Assembly: GCA_031549085.1 (NCBI GenBank)
Contig: JAVBQL010000021.1
Span: 5,422-69,421, forward strand
Source: Spirochaetota bacterium
GTDB lineage: Bacteria; Spirochaetota; GWE2-31-10; MWDO01
Reading direction: 5' to 3'
DNA: 64,000 nucleotides
Shown here: one piece after another, positions 30,753 through 40,750 of the stretch
Position numbering within the stretch: the first letter of the stretch is position 1
Layout: each line of letters begins with the position of its first letter
Made by a program: the position numbers and the translations under genes
The notes under the pieces: model-generated
The model's database searches: none
The model's input: only the letters and a program-made list of their open reading frames with translations
What the model was told of the DNA's origin: nothing

Positions 30753-32684
30753 TTAGCCGTTGCTATTCTCTATATCACTGCTTGTATCTATATTTTTGTT
30801 GCTGGTTTGAGTTGTCACACTGCTAGAGTTTATGATCTTAAGCATCTCATCAATTTTGCTCTTTTGTGAGTAGTTAGGACTTTTTACTAATAGCTCACCT
30901 AAATATTTCTTTGCACTACCAAAATCCGCTTTTTTAAAAAATAGCTCTCCAAGTTCATAGTAGCTATCGAAATGTTCACTGTCAAGCTCTATAGTTTTAT
31001 TGAAATATTTTATAGCCTCACTATCATTATTTAATATTTTATAAGATGTAGCTATTTTGTAGTATACACTGATATTTATATCATTTATTGATAACATCTT
31101 TTTGTACCATGCGATAGCTTCACTATACTTCTCCTCTTTTTGATAGGAGTTTGCAACTATTGAGAGAAGTTCATAATTATTTCCATCTATCACAAGACCA
31201 TTTTTTGCTATCTCTATACTGTTTGTATAGTCTCTATTTTCATAATATATCTTTGCGAGACTTATGAATGGCAATATGTTTTTATTATCTATTGATATAA
31301 GCTTTTTATAGTCCGCTATAGCTCCATCTTTGTTGCCTGTTTTTGCTTTAGCCATGGCAGAAAAAAAGTAGATGTCTGGGTTGCTATCATAAAAGTTCAT
31401 AGCCTTTGTTGTATATTCAATAACTTCACTATTCTTTCCATCAATAAATCTTACCTCAGCCATCTTTGCATATGTGTCAGCAGCATCTTTTTTTTCATCA
31501 TCGGTAGATAGACTATTTTTTGAGAGACTCTTTTTAAATTCGGCTATTGCCTTATCGTTTTGACCAAGCCTTGCATAGGTTTCGCCTATTTTTTTGAAGA
31601 AATATCCTTGATTTGAAATTTTTACACCTCTCTCATATAGAGAAAGGGCATCTTTATAGTTTGTCTCATCAAAATATATGTTGGCAAGATTTGTCAATGC
31701 AAAGAGATAGTTCTGATCTATCGATAGAGCTTTCTTATAAAATTCCTTGCTCTCATCTATATTTCCACTCTTTTGCAAAACAACCCCCATATTGTAATAG
31801 CCATTTATATAGTCACTATTAATGGTGATAGCTTTTTGGAATTCGTTTTTTGCATTTTCATAATCGCCCCTCTTGTAGTAGAGCTTTCCAATAGAGTTGT
31901 GAACCTCATAGTTATCTGGCTTTATTGACAAAAGGTTTTTGTATTCAGCTATTGCTAAATCGATTGAATTTAGTTTCTCATATATTCTTGCAAGTGTAAG
32001 ATGAGCGATATCTAAAGAGGGATCATTTTTTAATGATTTTTTTGCTTTTCTGATTGCCTCATCAATATTATTTTGATCATTTTGGTTTTCATCAAATAGT
32101 GTTGCGGAAAGATATCCATTTGCTTCAGGGTTATCACTATCAAGCTTTAGCACCTCAAAAAAGCTGCTCTTTGCCTTTGCATAGTTCTGCATATTGTACT
32201 CATTTATTCCCTGATTCAATAGAGAATCAATTTTTTCTGCTGTTGTCTTCTCATTTGGGGAGAGAGCCCCACTCTCTATGTTGCCACCTTTTCTTATGAT
32301 AAATGGCATCTCCTCACTTTTGCTTGAGAGAAGTTCAACTTCACTTGAAGAACTGCTACTTTTATGTTCACTTTTCTGTTTCTCTCCCAAAATTTCTCTT
32401 TGTAGATTCATAGCCTCTTCAATCTCACCATAATCAATAAAGAGCTCATCAAGAAGAGTTAATGCTCTATCATATTCTCTCTGTTTGTAATAATTTTTTG
32501 CCAAAGCTATTATATTTTTCTGTTTTATCTCATCATTATTTGTATACGAAATATTATCTTTTTGTGGTTTACTCTTATTTATTGATAGGCCATTTTCAGT
32601 TATCATAAAAAAGATTAAAAGACCAATTATGAAAATTAGTACAATTATAGATATTATAATTGGGAAAACATTTTTATTTTTCAC
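30753..32684 (-). CDS. Membrane-anchored multi-TPR protein
   Basis: N-terminal TM followed by more than 10 TPR-like repeats. Confidence 0.88.
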   Translation of the reverse strand: MKNKNVFPIIISIIVLIFIIGLLIFFMITENGLSINKSKPQKDNISYTNNDEIKQKNIIALAKNYYKQREYDRALTLLDELFIDYGEIEEAMNLQREILGEKQKSEHKSSSSSSEVELLSSKSEEMPFIIRKGGNIESGALSPNEKTTAEKIDSLLNQGINEYNMQNYAKAKSSFFEVLKLDSDNPEANGYLSATLFDENQNDQNNIDEAIRKAKKSLKNDPSLDIAHLTLARIYEKLNSIDLAIAEYKNLLSIKPDNYEVHNSIGKLYYKRGDYENAKNEFQKAITINSDYINGYYNMGVVLQKSGNIDESKEFYKKALSIDQNYLFALTNLANIYFDETNYKDALSLYERGVKISNQGYFFKKIGETYARLGQNDKAIAEFKKSLSKNSLSTDDEKKDAADTYAKMAEVRFIDGKNSEVIEYTTKAMNFYDSNPDIYFFSAMAKAKTGNKDGAIADYKKLISIDNKNILPFISLAKIYYENRDYTNSIEIAKNGLVIDGNNYELLSIVANSYQKEEKYSEAIAWYKKMLSINDINISVYYKIATSYKILNNDSEAIKYFNKTIELDSEHFDSYYELGELFFKKADFGSAKKYLGELLVKSPNYSQKSKIDEMLKIINSSSVTTQTSNKNIDTSSDIENSNG

Positions 32685-32851
32685 TGTTGTTTCACTCCAG
32701 ATTAAGTTTGAAAGGGATACTATTTATATGAAAGATTATAATAAAATAAAAGGGATTTGTCAAAAGTAAGAGTGATATGAATATTAAGAGAACAATATAT
32801 AACACTTGACTTTGTTATCATAATTTAGTAAAAAAGGATAGAATCATACAT

Positions 32852-32970
32852 GATTCCTTCGGGGATAGGTGAAACTCCATACCGGCGGTAAAAGCCCGCG
32901 AGTCTTTAAAAAGACAGAACTGATGTGATTTCAGTGCCGACAGTAACAGTCTGGATGATAGAAGGAATGT
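32852..32970 (+). ncRNA. FMN riboswitch (RFN element)
   Basis: TTCGGGG..GGTGAAA.TCC.TACCGGCGGT..AGCCCGCGA...GCCGACAGTAACAGTCTGGATG..AGAAGG upstream of ribD. Confidence 0.96.
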
Positions 32971-33073
32971 AAACACATCTTTTTTTCATTTAATTAATAA
33001 TCCCCCATATCTTTTTGGCTATAAATTTAGTTATTATGATAACTAAAGTAGGTCTATATATAAAGGAGTTTCT

Positions 33074-34126
33074 ATGTTTTTCTTTAACAACAGAGATGAC
33101 TACTTTATGTCTCTTGCATTAAAAGAGGCAAAGAGAGGATTGGGCTATACCACTCCAAATCCTATGGTTGGGGCAGTTCTTGTGAGACATGGAAGAGTAT
33201 TGGGGAAAGCATTTCATAGAGCTTTGGGAGCTCTCCATGCAGAGAGAGAGCTTATTGAGCAGATGTCTCCAAATCTTCTACAAGGTTCTACACTCTATGT
33301 TACTCTGGAACCATGCAATCATGAGGGGAGAACGCCTCCCTGTGCCCCGCTTATCATAAAGTCTGGCATAAAGAAAGTTGTAATTGCTACCCTTGATCCT
33401 GACAAAAGAGTCAATACAAGTGGGGTTAGGGCTCTGAAAAGTGCTGGTATAGATGTAAAGCTTGGTGTGATGGAGGAGGAGGCAAAAGAGCTTAACAATA
33501 TCTATATGTTCTATAAAAAAAATAGTCGACCATATATTGTTTTGAAAGCAGCTCTTACATTAGATGGGAAGATAGCCACCTCAAGCTTTGACTCAAAATG
33601 GATATCTAATGATATGTCAAGAGAGATTGTTCATAGGTTAAGGTTAAGGCTTAAGGCAATTGCTATAGGAAAAAATACAATTAAACAGGATTTTCCAAAA
33701 TTGAATTGTAGACTAAAAGGTTTTGAGGATAAGCCTATTGATAAACTAATATTTTCTAATAGAGAAGATTTGAGACTTACAAAATCATTTGCTGAAAATA
33801 GTGGAAAAACGCTATTTGTTTCAAAGGCACTCTCTAAAGATGAAGATAATTTTTTCAAGTTTTGTACAGATAATGAGATTGACTCTATTTTAGTAGAGGG
33901 GGGAAGTGGGGTATACTCATATTTTCTAAAGAAAAGTATGGTTGATAAGATCTTTCTTTTTTATAAACCAAGTTTTCTTGGTGTTGATGGAGTATCCATT
34001 TTTCAAAAAAAGGGAGTAAAATTTATAAAAGATTTGAATGAATTCAAAATCGATTGTGTAACACAGCTTGATAATAATTTTATGATCGAGATGTCAAGAG
34101 GAGAGTCTCTATGTTTACTGGATTGA
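33074..34126 (+). CDS. ribD: Riboflavin biosynthesis deaminase/reductase
   Basis: PNPMVGAV, HAE, TLEPCNHEGRTPPC, TLDGKIA, LVEGG. Confidence 0.96.
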   Translation: MFFFNNRDDYFMSLALKEAKRGLGYTTPNPMVGAVLVRHGRVLGKAFHRALGALHAERELIEQMSPNLLQGSTLYVTLEPCNHEGRTPPCAPLIIKSGIKKVVIATLDPDKRVNTSGVRALKSAGIDVKLGVMEEEAKELNNIYMFYKKNSRPYIVLKAALTLDGKIATSSFDSKWISNDMSREIVHRLRLRLKAIAIGKNTIKQDFPKLNCRLKGFEDKPIDKLIFSNREDLRLTKSFAENSGKTLFVSKALSKDEDNFFKFCTDNEIDSILVEGGSGVYSYFLKKSMVDKIFLFYKPSFLGVDGVSIFQKKGVKFIKDLNEFKIDCVTQLDNNFMIEMSRGESLCLLD

Positions 34127-34704
34127 TTGAGGAACTTGGAGTTTTGGAGTCTATCGAAAGCTCTGGAAAGATGACAATTAAGGCTAATAAGATATTAGAT
34201 GACCTAAAAATTGGAGATAGTGTTGCTGTAAATGGAGCTTGTCTAACTGTTACAGCGATAAAGGGTAATCTAATCTCATTTCATATATCAGAAACCACAA
34301 GAAAGTTATCAAATTTTAAGTATGGCTCTATTCGTGTTGGAGAGGAGCTAAATCTTGAGAGAGCTATGAAAATTAATGATAGGTTTGGTGGTCATCTTGT
34401 TGCAGGGCATATTGATGGCACTGCTAAAATTATTGATATAAGAAAGAGTGGGCTTGATAATTTTTTTGAGTTTCTCGTTGATAGGGAGAGCATAAAGCTT
34501 ATTGTAAACAAGGGCTCTATTACTATTGATGGGATATCTCTAACTATAAGTGAGGTAAAAAACAGCAGCTTTGTTGTAACGATTATCCCTGAGACTATAA
34601 AAAATACAAACCTTAAACAGAAGCATGTTAATGATTTGGTACATATAGAGATTGATATGATTGCAAGGTATCTAAAGAGCATTATTGCTAACTTTGGATA
34701 TTAG
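34111..34704 (+). CDS. ribE: Riboflavin synthase (alpha chain)
   Basis: MFTGLIEE, GDSVAVNGACLTV, NLERA, GGHLVAGHID. Confidence 0.96.
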   Translation: MFTGLIEELGVLESIESSGKMTIKANKILDDLKIGDSVAVNGACLTVTAIKGNLISFHISETTRKLSNFKYGSIRVGEELNLERAMKINDRFGGHLVAGHIDGTAKIIDIRKSGLDNFFEFLVDRESIKLIVNKGSITIDGISLTISEVKNSSFVVTIIPETIKNTNLKQKHVNDLVHIEIDMIARYLKSIIANFGY

Positions 34705-34901
34705 AAGGGGGGCGTTTTTTATACACCTCTCCCCCCCCAACCCCCTCTCCTTGTTATGAGAGGGGGAGTTTAAGAGAGCTTGATTGCTCATTAGAGATCG
34801 ATTTCTCTTTTTTATGATATGCAAGTCGATTTTTTAAATCGTAAACGATTAGAAAAAATCTTTGTTGCATATCACAGCAAGAGAAATCTGTTTCCTAAAG
34901 T
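34705..34901 (+). repeat. Dispersed hairpin element, copy A (REP/MITE-like)
   Basis: C-rich arm with a CCCCCTCTC/GAGAGGGGG stem, then a ~90-110 bp imperfect palindrome GATTTCTCTT...AAGAGAAATC; homologous to the reverse complement of 38291-38470. Confidence 0.85.
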
Positions 34902-34969
34902 GATTAGGTTTTATATAAAAAAAATTTGAAAATAGTTTATCTACTTTATTTTATAGAGGAGTTATATTT

Positions 34970-36154
34970 ATGCAAGATATGAAAAAGGTAATTGAGAGAT
35001 TTAGTAATGGTGAGATAGTTATTGTTTTTGATGATCTCTATCGTGAGAATGAGGCAGATTTAATTGTTGCAATTGATAAGTTAAGCCCAGAGAAGATCAC
35101 TTTCTTGATAACTTATGGAAGGGGTATTCTTTGTGCCTCATTGAATGAGGAGATAGTAAGAAAAAAGGGGTTTCCTCTTGCACCAAGCAACAAGGCAGAC
35201 AAGCATGCAACAGCATTTACTCTTGCAGTGGATTCTGTTAAAACAAAGACAGGGGTCTCTGCTATTGAGAGATATGTAACGGCAAAAGAGCTTGTAAATC
35301 CAAATACTACACTAAAAGATTTTGTTACACCAGGCCACCTCTATCCATTAAGGGCTAGAGCAGGCCACCTTCTTGAGAGGAGAGGTCATACAGAGGCTGC
35401 AGTGTCTTTATGTAAGTGGGCGAAGCTTACAGAGGCCGCTCTGATTTGTGAGATGGTTAAAGATGATGGAAATATGCTCTCAATTGAGGAGACAAAAGAG
35501 TTTGCTAACAAATTTGGTATTCCATTCTGTACAGTAGAGGAGCTTGTAGAGTATCAAAAGCTTAACTATACAAATGTATCAAAACTAGCAGAATCAAAAT
35601 TGGCTACAAAATATGGAAAGTTTGATATAAAAATATATCAAGAGCTATATACAAATAAAGAGCATGTTTTTCTCTCTATGGGTGATTATACAAAAGGTGT
35701 GGTGCGTATCCACTCTGAATGTGCAACAGGGGATATTTTTCACTCTGTTATGTGTGATTGTGGTTATCAACTTGAGAAATCTTTGGAGACAATTGCTAAA
35801 AATGGTTCTGGAGCCGTTGTATATTTAAGACAAGAGGGGAGAGGAATTGGTTTGTCAGAGAAGATAAAGGCCTATAAACTTCAGCAGGATGAGAAACTTG
35901 ATACTGTTGAGGCTAATATAAAGCTTGGCCATTTCGAAGATGAGAGGGATTTTCATCAGGCAGCATGGATTCTTAAAGAGAATGGGTTTAAAACTGTAAG
36001 GCTATTAACAAACAACCCACTTAAGCTTAAAGCATTAGAGAAACATGGTTTTACTGTAGTTAGAGAGACCCTACCTCCAAATATAACAGATGAGAATAGA
36101 GAGTATCTAAAAACTAAAAAAAATAAGATGGGACATATTATCGATAATATATAG
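34970..36154 (+). CDS. ribBA: Bifunctional DHBP synthase / GTP cyclohydrolase II
   Basis: RENEADL, RRGHTEA, RIHSECATGD, CDCG, RQEGRGIG, LLTNNP. Confidence 0.96.
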   Translation: MQDMKKVIERFSNGEIVIVFDDLYRENEADLIVAIDKLSPEKITFLITYGRGILCASLNEEIVRKKGFPLAPSNKADKHATAFTLAVDSVKTKTGVSAIERYVTAKELVNPNTTLKDFVTPGHLYPLRARAGHLLERRGHTEAAVSLCKWAKLTEAALICEMVKDDGNMLSIEETKEFANKFGIPFCTVEELVEYQKLNYTNVSKLAESKLATKYGKFDIKIYQELYTNKEHVFLSMGDYTKGVVRIHSECATGDIFHSVMCDCGYQLEKSLETIAKNGSGAVVYLRQEGRGIGLSEKIKAYKLQQDEKLDTVEANIKLGHFEDERDFHQAAWILKENGFKTVRLLTNNPLKLKALEKHGFTVVRETLPPNITDENREYLKTKKNKMGHIIDNI

Positions 36155-36260
36155 TTTTTTATTTTTAAATAACCACATCCTTTTTGATATATATTTTTTA
36201 TAAAAGGGATTTTTTATTTCTAATTTGGCTGGGATATTTTGAAAATAATTTTTAATAAAA

Positions 36261-36294
36261 AAGCGGAGCTATCTATTTAATAGATAGCTCCGCT
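36261..36294. terminator. Terminator hairpin; U-tail on the minus strand
   Basis: AAGCGGAGCTATCTA-TTTAA-TAGATAGCTCCGCTT preceded by an A-run. Confidence 0.85.
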
Positions 36295-36316
36295 TATATA
36301 ATAGATTAATTAAATT

Positions 36317-37691
36317 TTATGGTGTGTCCCATGTAAAGCTTGCTGGAGGATTTGTCCAGTAGTTTGGATCTGTGCCTTTTATATCTCTAATAATCGCAGG
36401 ACCATCTTCTCCTTTATAGATTTTGCTCTTATTTCCATAGCCTCTATAAAGTGCATAGAGATCATTAGCTACAGTGGCTGTTCCATCTTTTGCATATATA
36501 TTGCAGTTTGATATGGTTGCCATAGCTGTAATTGATCCACCGCTCTCAATACCATAAGCATCTCCTGAACTACTATCTTCAACAGCTCCTGTTATTGTGC
36601 CGCCGCTTATGGTAAGTATGCCCCGATTATTTCTAACACCGATAGCAGAACCCACCACACTAGCACTACCATTTGTTCCTGCTATTGTACCACTATTTAT
36701 AGTAGTAGTTCCACTATTATAAATACCACAAGAATAACTACCAACAGTAGTGTTATCTGTTGCTCCAACTATAACTCCACCTTTGATGATAAGGTCTCCA
36801 TTACCATCAAAACCATAAGCAGAACTATCAACAGTTGCACTATCAGCTGCTCCTATTATTGTTCCTCCATTGATGGTACAACCCCCATAACCATTAAAAC
36901 CAGAAGCATTACTAACAGTTGTGCTATCTTTTGCACCAACTATTGTCCCACTATTTATGATAGTAGTTCCATTGCCCATAAGAGCATGGGCCGACCAAGC
37001 AGTAGCAGTGCCGCTTGCTCCTACTATCATACTATTATTGATAGTTATTGTAGAGTTACTTATAATAGTCATAGTAGACATATTATAGAGAGGATAAATA
37101 TAAATAGCATAAGCATCGCTTGTCACCACTCCGCTCTCTACACCCACTATATCACAATTATTAATTGTTAATTTTGTTCCCGTACCATAGATTCCATAGG
37201 CTCTCTCATTGTTATATTTAGCTCCCCTTATATCAAGGTTTTCAAGCACTAGCTCTCCAGCTCTCACTGTTATACGACCAGTATTACTTGCTGTTGCATT
37301 ATCTCCATTTATGGTACTCTTGTCATTGATATCATCTCTTGTCCAAGTAGAGTTGTAGCCGCCCTTTATGGTAGTGCTATATAGAGAGGTGATATTGATC
37401 AACTCACTATATGTTTCCTTTGCTACATAGATGACATTATTTTTAGCTTTTGCCATGCTGACGGCTTTCGATATTGTCTTCACTGGCGAAATTTGAGTTC
37501 CCATATTACTATCATCACCAGCAGTTGATACATAGATTATTGCCTCTTCTGCAACATACTCCTCGCCATCTCCACCCTTGTCATTAACTCCGCCAGCCCC
37601 ATCACAGCCAACAAAAATAGCCATAATAAAAAAAAAACATTGCCAAAGCAATAAAAAAGAGTCCTCTCTTTTTCGTGCGACTGAAATTCAT
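36317..37691 (-). CDS. Beta-helix (DUF1565/pectin-lyase-like) surface lipoprotein, frameshifted at a T10 tract in its signal peptide
   Basis: AGGAGG then ATG at 37691; YVSTAGDDSNMGT..SPVKTISKAV motif; ~27-30 aa TI.(S/G)GTI.GA repeats. With T9 the signal peptide joins the FVGC lipobox in frame. Confidence 0.8.
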
Positions 37692-37870
37692 AAAATTCCT
37701 CCTAAAAAAATAGAAATAATATTTAAACTATAAAAAATATAGTTTTGTCTAAATTTGATAACAAACAAACATTTAATTATTAAAACCAAACATTTGATTA
37801 TCTTTCTACGATAATATTCTACATAGTTCTTGTTTTTTGTTGAGAGACTTATGTTAAAGATTTGATAGGT

Positions 37871-38080
37871 AAAAACACATAAGCCTGCAAAACAAGGGTC
37901 GCACACCACTACTCTTAACCCTACTTAATTCGCTTAAAGAGCAGATAGTCCTTGCAGTGCAGGCTTATCTATGGCTTGTTGAAAACCGCATAGATTTTCT
38001 ATACAGCTTTGCCATTAGCCAAATTTAGTAGGGTTTGAAAAGCAAGGTGTCTATTCTTATATTGAGGTGCGACCCTCTCT
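37871..38080 (-). ncRNA. Candidate structured 5' leader with alternative or pseudoknot helices
   Basis: Perfect helices 38067-38076/37895-37904 (10 bp), 38027-38035/37917-37925 (9 bp) and 37958-37968/37879-37889 (11 bp), plus a 13-bp GU-containing hairpin at 37982-38010. Confidence 0.65.
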
Positions 38081-38168
38081 ACAAAAACCACCATATAAAT
38101 ATGTCTAAATAATAGTTAAATTAAATAACTTTAATAAAACTCCTCGATTTTTTTATATATTATTTAAG

Positions 38169-38197
38169 ATTATATGATTATAATAGAGAAAAATCAA
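38169..38197 (-). promoter_or_regulatory. Sigma70-type promoter for the leader and lipoprotein
   Basis: TTGATT-17bp-TATAAT on the minus strand. Confidence 0.65.
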
Positions 38198-38290
38198 GAA
38201 ATAAAATTAGAAAATTGGATACACAAAACTATAAACTTCTTATAAAACTTCAAATTAAACTTTGTTTAATAGTTAGGTTTAAGCTTTATA

Positions 38291-38470
38291 ACTTTAGCAA
38301 ATAGATTTCTCTTGTTGTGATATGCATCAAAGATTTTTTTCTTAATTGCGAAGCAATTTCAAAAAAAATTGGCTTGCATATTGCAAAAAAAAGAGAAATC
38401 GAGCGCTAAAGAGCTATTCTTTCTTTTAAAGCCCCTTTTTGAAAAGGGGGGGTGGGGGGTTTAGAAAAAA
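38291..38470 (-). repeat. Dispersed hairpin element, copy B
   Basis: The reverse complement aligns with 34726-34901: C-rich arm, then TCGATTTCTCTTTTTT..ATATGCAAG..GAAAAAATCTTTG.TGCATATCACA.CAAGAGAAATCT.TTT.CTAAAGT. Confidence 0.85.
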
Positions 38471-38474
38471 AGCT

Positions 38475-40622
38475 CTATACCACCTCAATAACAAGGACAG
38501 CCATATCATCATCTCTAACAGTTATGTCAACTTTAAAGTAGTTTATATCTTCCATTAAGTTTGGTATTATATTTTTACTATCTTTTGTGGTTTGAAGTAT
38601 TCTCTTTACTCTATCATATCCATATAGCTCTCTGTTGGAGTTTTTTGCTTCAACTATCCCATCTGTGAATAGTACGATTGTATCTTTTGATTTAATCTCT
38701 ATTTTATGTGATTTAAATACATCATCAAGTCTTAACCCTACAACTGTCGATGTTGATTTTATTGTCTCAATTTTATCTTTGTTTACTATATATGTATCAC
38801 AGTGAGCACCACTTATATACTCCAAGCTCTTCTCTTTTGTATCAATGACGCCATAAAAGAGAGTCATATAGTATCCTAAATAGCCAACACTATCATAAAT
38901 CTGCTTATTTACCCTATTAACAACCTCTTGAGGCTCCATTCCTTCTTTAACATATGTGGAGAACATAAATTTTGTCATTGTTGTGACTAAAGATGGCGGT
39001 ATCCCATGCCCAGAAACATCAAGCATAACAACAGCAATCTTTGTTTTTGATATTTCAATTACATCATAAAAATCACCGCCAAGCTTCTCCATAGCATAAT
39101 AGTAACTATATATTTTGAAATTTTTATTTGAAGGAAAATTTTGAGGAATTATTGCCTCTTGAATTTTCTTTGCAATTACAAGCTCATTTTCCATTCTGTT
39201 ATTTATATCTAGCAATTTTCTATTTGATATATTAAGCTCTTCGGTGCGCTGTTCAACAATACTGTCTGTATGTTTTTTATACCTATTTATCATTCTTGTC
39301 ATCTTATTGAATGCAATACCCAAAATGTAGAATTCAGAAAAGAATGATTTTACATCTATTTGAACATCGAATTTTCCCTTTGCTATCTCATTTGATGCAT
39401 GGAACAAAACAAATATTGGTCTTGTTAATGCTGTACTTAATAAAAGTGTTATAACCATTACTATATTGATAAAAATTAGTGCAGTGATACCTATAAATTC
39501 AATAATATTTGCAGCAACACCCATAGCTTTTTTGTATGGAATAAAATAGAGAAGTTTTATTTTTGATATTTAGGAAGTTTTAAAAACAACAATATATTTA
39601 AGATTGTTATATTTAACAACAACCCTATTTTTTTCTGTGTAGACGTCACTATTTTTTTCTATTAACTCTTGTATCTTTGGATCATTTATTATATTGCTGT
39701 CAGTGTTTAGATATTTATAGTCACTAAAGTCAACCTTATCATATTGTTCTTCACTCTTCTCTTTTTCAGTAGAAATATATTTTTTTTGTTCATAGTCATA
39801 TTCATAATAATTATTATCAGATGGGTGTGTCTGCATTATTATATTATTATTTATATCAAGCATATAGAGTGTACCTTGATTGAAATTTGTTATATTTTCG
39901 AAAGTTATCTCAAAAAAATTTTTACGAAGTATAACTAATATAAAATCTGAAAATGTTTCACTACTTCTATTGTTGTCATAGAAATCACTATAGTAAAAAG
40001 GGAAAATAATTATAGTTGAATCTTTTTGAAAGTAGTTGGTTAATACTCCCTCTCTAGGTTTTCCAATTATTATTTTTATATTATTATCACTCTTTATTTT
40101 CTGAAAGAGTGGGTCAGCAATCAGTTTTTCATAATTTGGTGGTATTATATCAGGGTTTGGTGTGTAGTATTTGTATGGAGTTTTGTCTATTATTGAGGCC
40201 TTATCTTGCTCATAGATAAATATATCTCCATAAATTTTTTTTTCTGCAATCTCTCTTATTCCCCCCTCTATTCCAAGTCCCCCTCTATATTTATAATATT
40301 GGCCAATTATTTTTCTACTGACCTCTCTCTCTTCTGCAGAATCTCTAAATTTTTCTAAATCTATTCCCTCTATAACCTCTTGTTTTTCAAATATATTGGT
40401 TAGTGTCATAAGATATTGCTCATATATAAAATCTATGTTTGTATTTATCTGTTTTAAGATTGAGTTTTGATAGTTTAAGGTTATGCCTTCTAAATTCTTT
40501 GTTAGATCTGTTTGTGAGTAGGTTGTTATTATTAATATTGGTATTATTGACATGGCGAAGAGGGTGAAAAACAATATCCATCGAATACTCAATTTTACTT
40601 TTCTAAAGCCCAAATTTGACAT
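38475..40622 (-). pseudogene. Cache-HAMP-PP2C (SpoIIE/RsbU-type) sensor phosphatase split by an in-frame TAA at 39572-39570
   Basis: The two ORFs share one frame, reading ...VVFKTS*ISKIKLLYFIPYKKAMGV...; PP2C motifs GGDFYD, DVSGHG, FTDGIVE, DDM. Confidence 0.8.
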
Positions 40623-40750
40623 ATAAACCCTTATTATTTAAAGAAGGTCTAAACAATAATATAATAATTTATGTCTTAAAGTTAAGCTTTTATACTATTT
40701 TTTTCAAAAAAAGTGAAAAAATAACTTTTTTAAAAAGTTATCTATATATT

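Noticed and set aside
37688-37909. 73-aa minus-strand ORF
   Set aside because: It starts inside the RNA helices, has no RBS and has non-protein-like composition.
37960-38020. c-di-GMP-I riboswitch (GGCAAA plus hairpin)
   Set aside because: The GAAA tetraloop/receptor pair and the second GCAAA-P2 consensus are missing.
34705-38470. Autonomous composite transposon
   Set aside because: There is no transposase between the repeats, no evident target duplication, and the copies are diverged.
39570-39572. Stop-codon reassignment, or Sec/Pyl recoding
   Set aside because: The codon is TAA, which terminates many genes here; Sec and Pyl use TGA and TAG.
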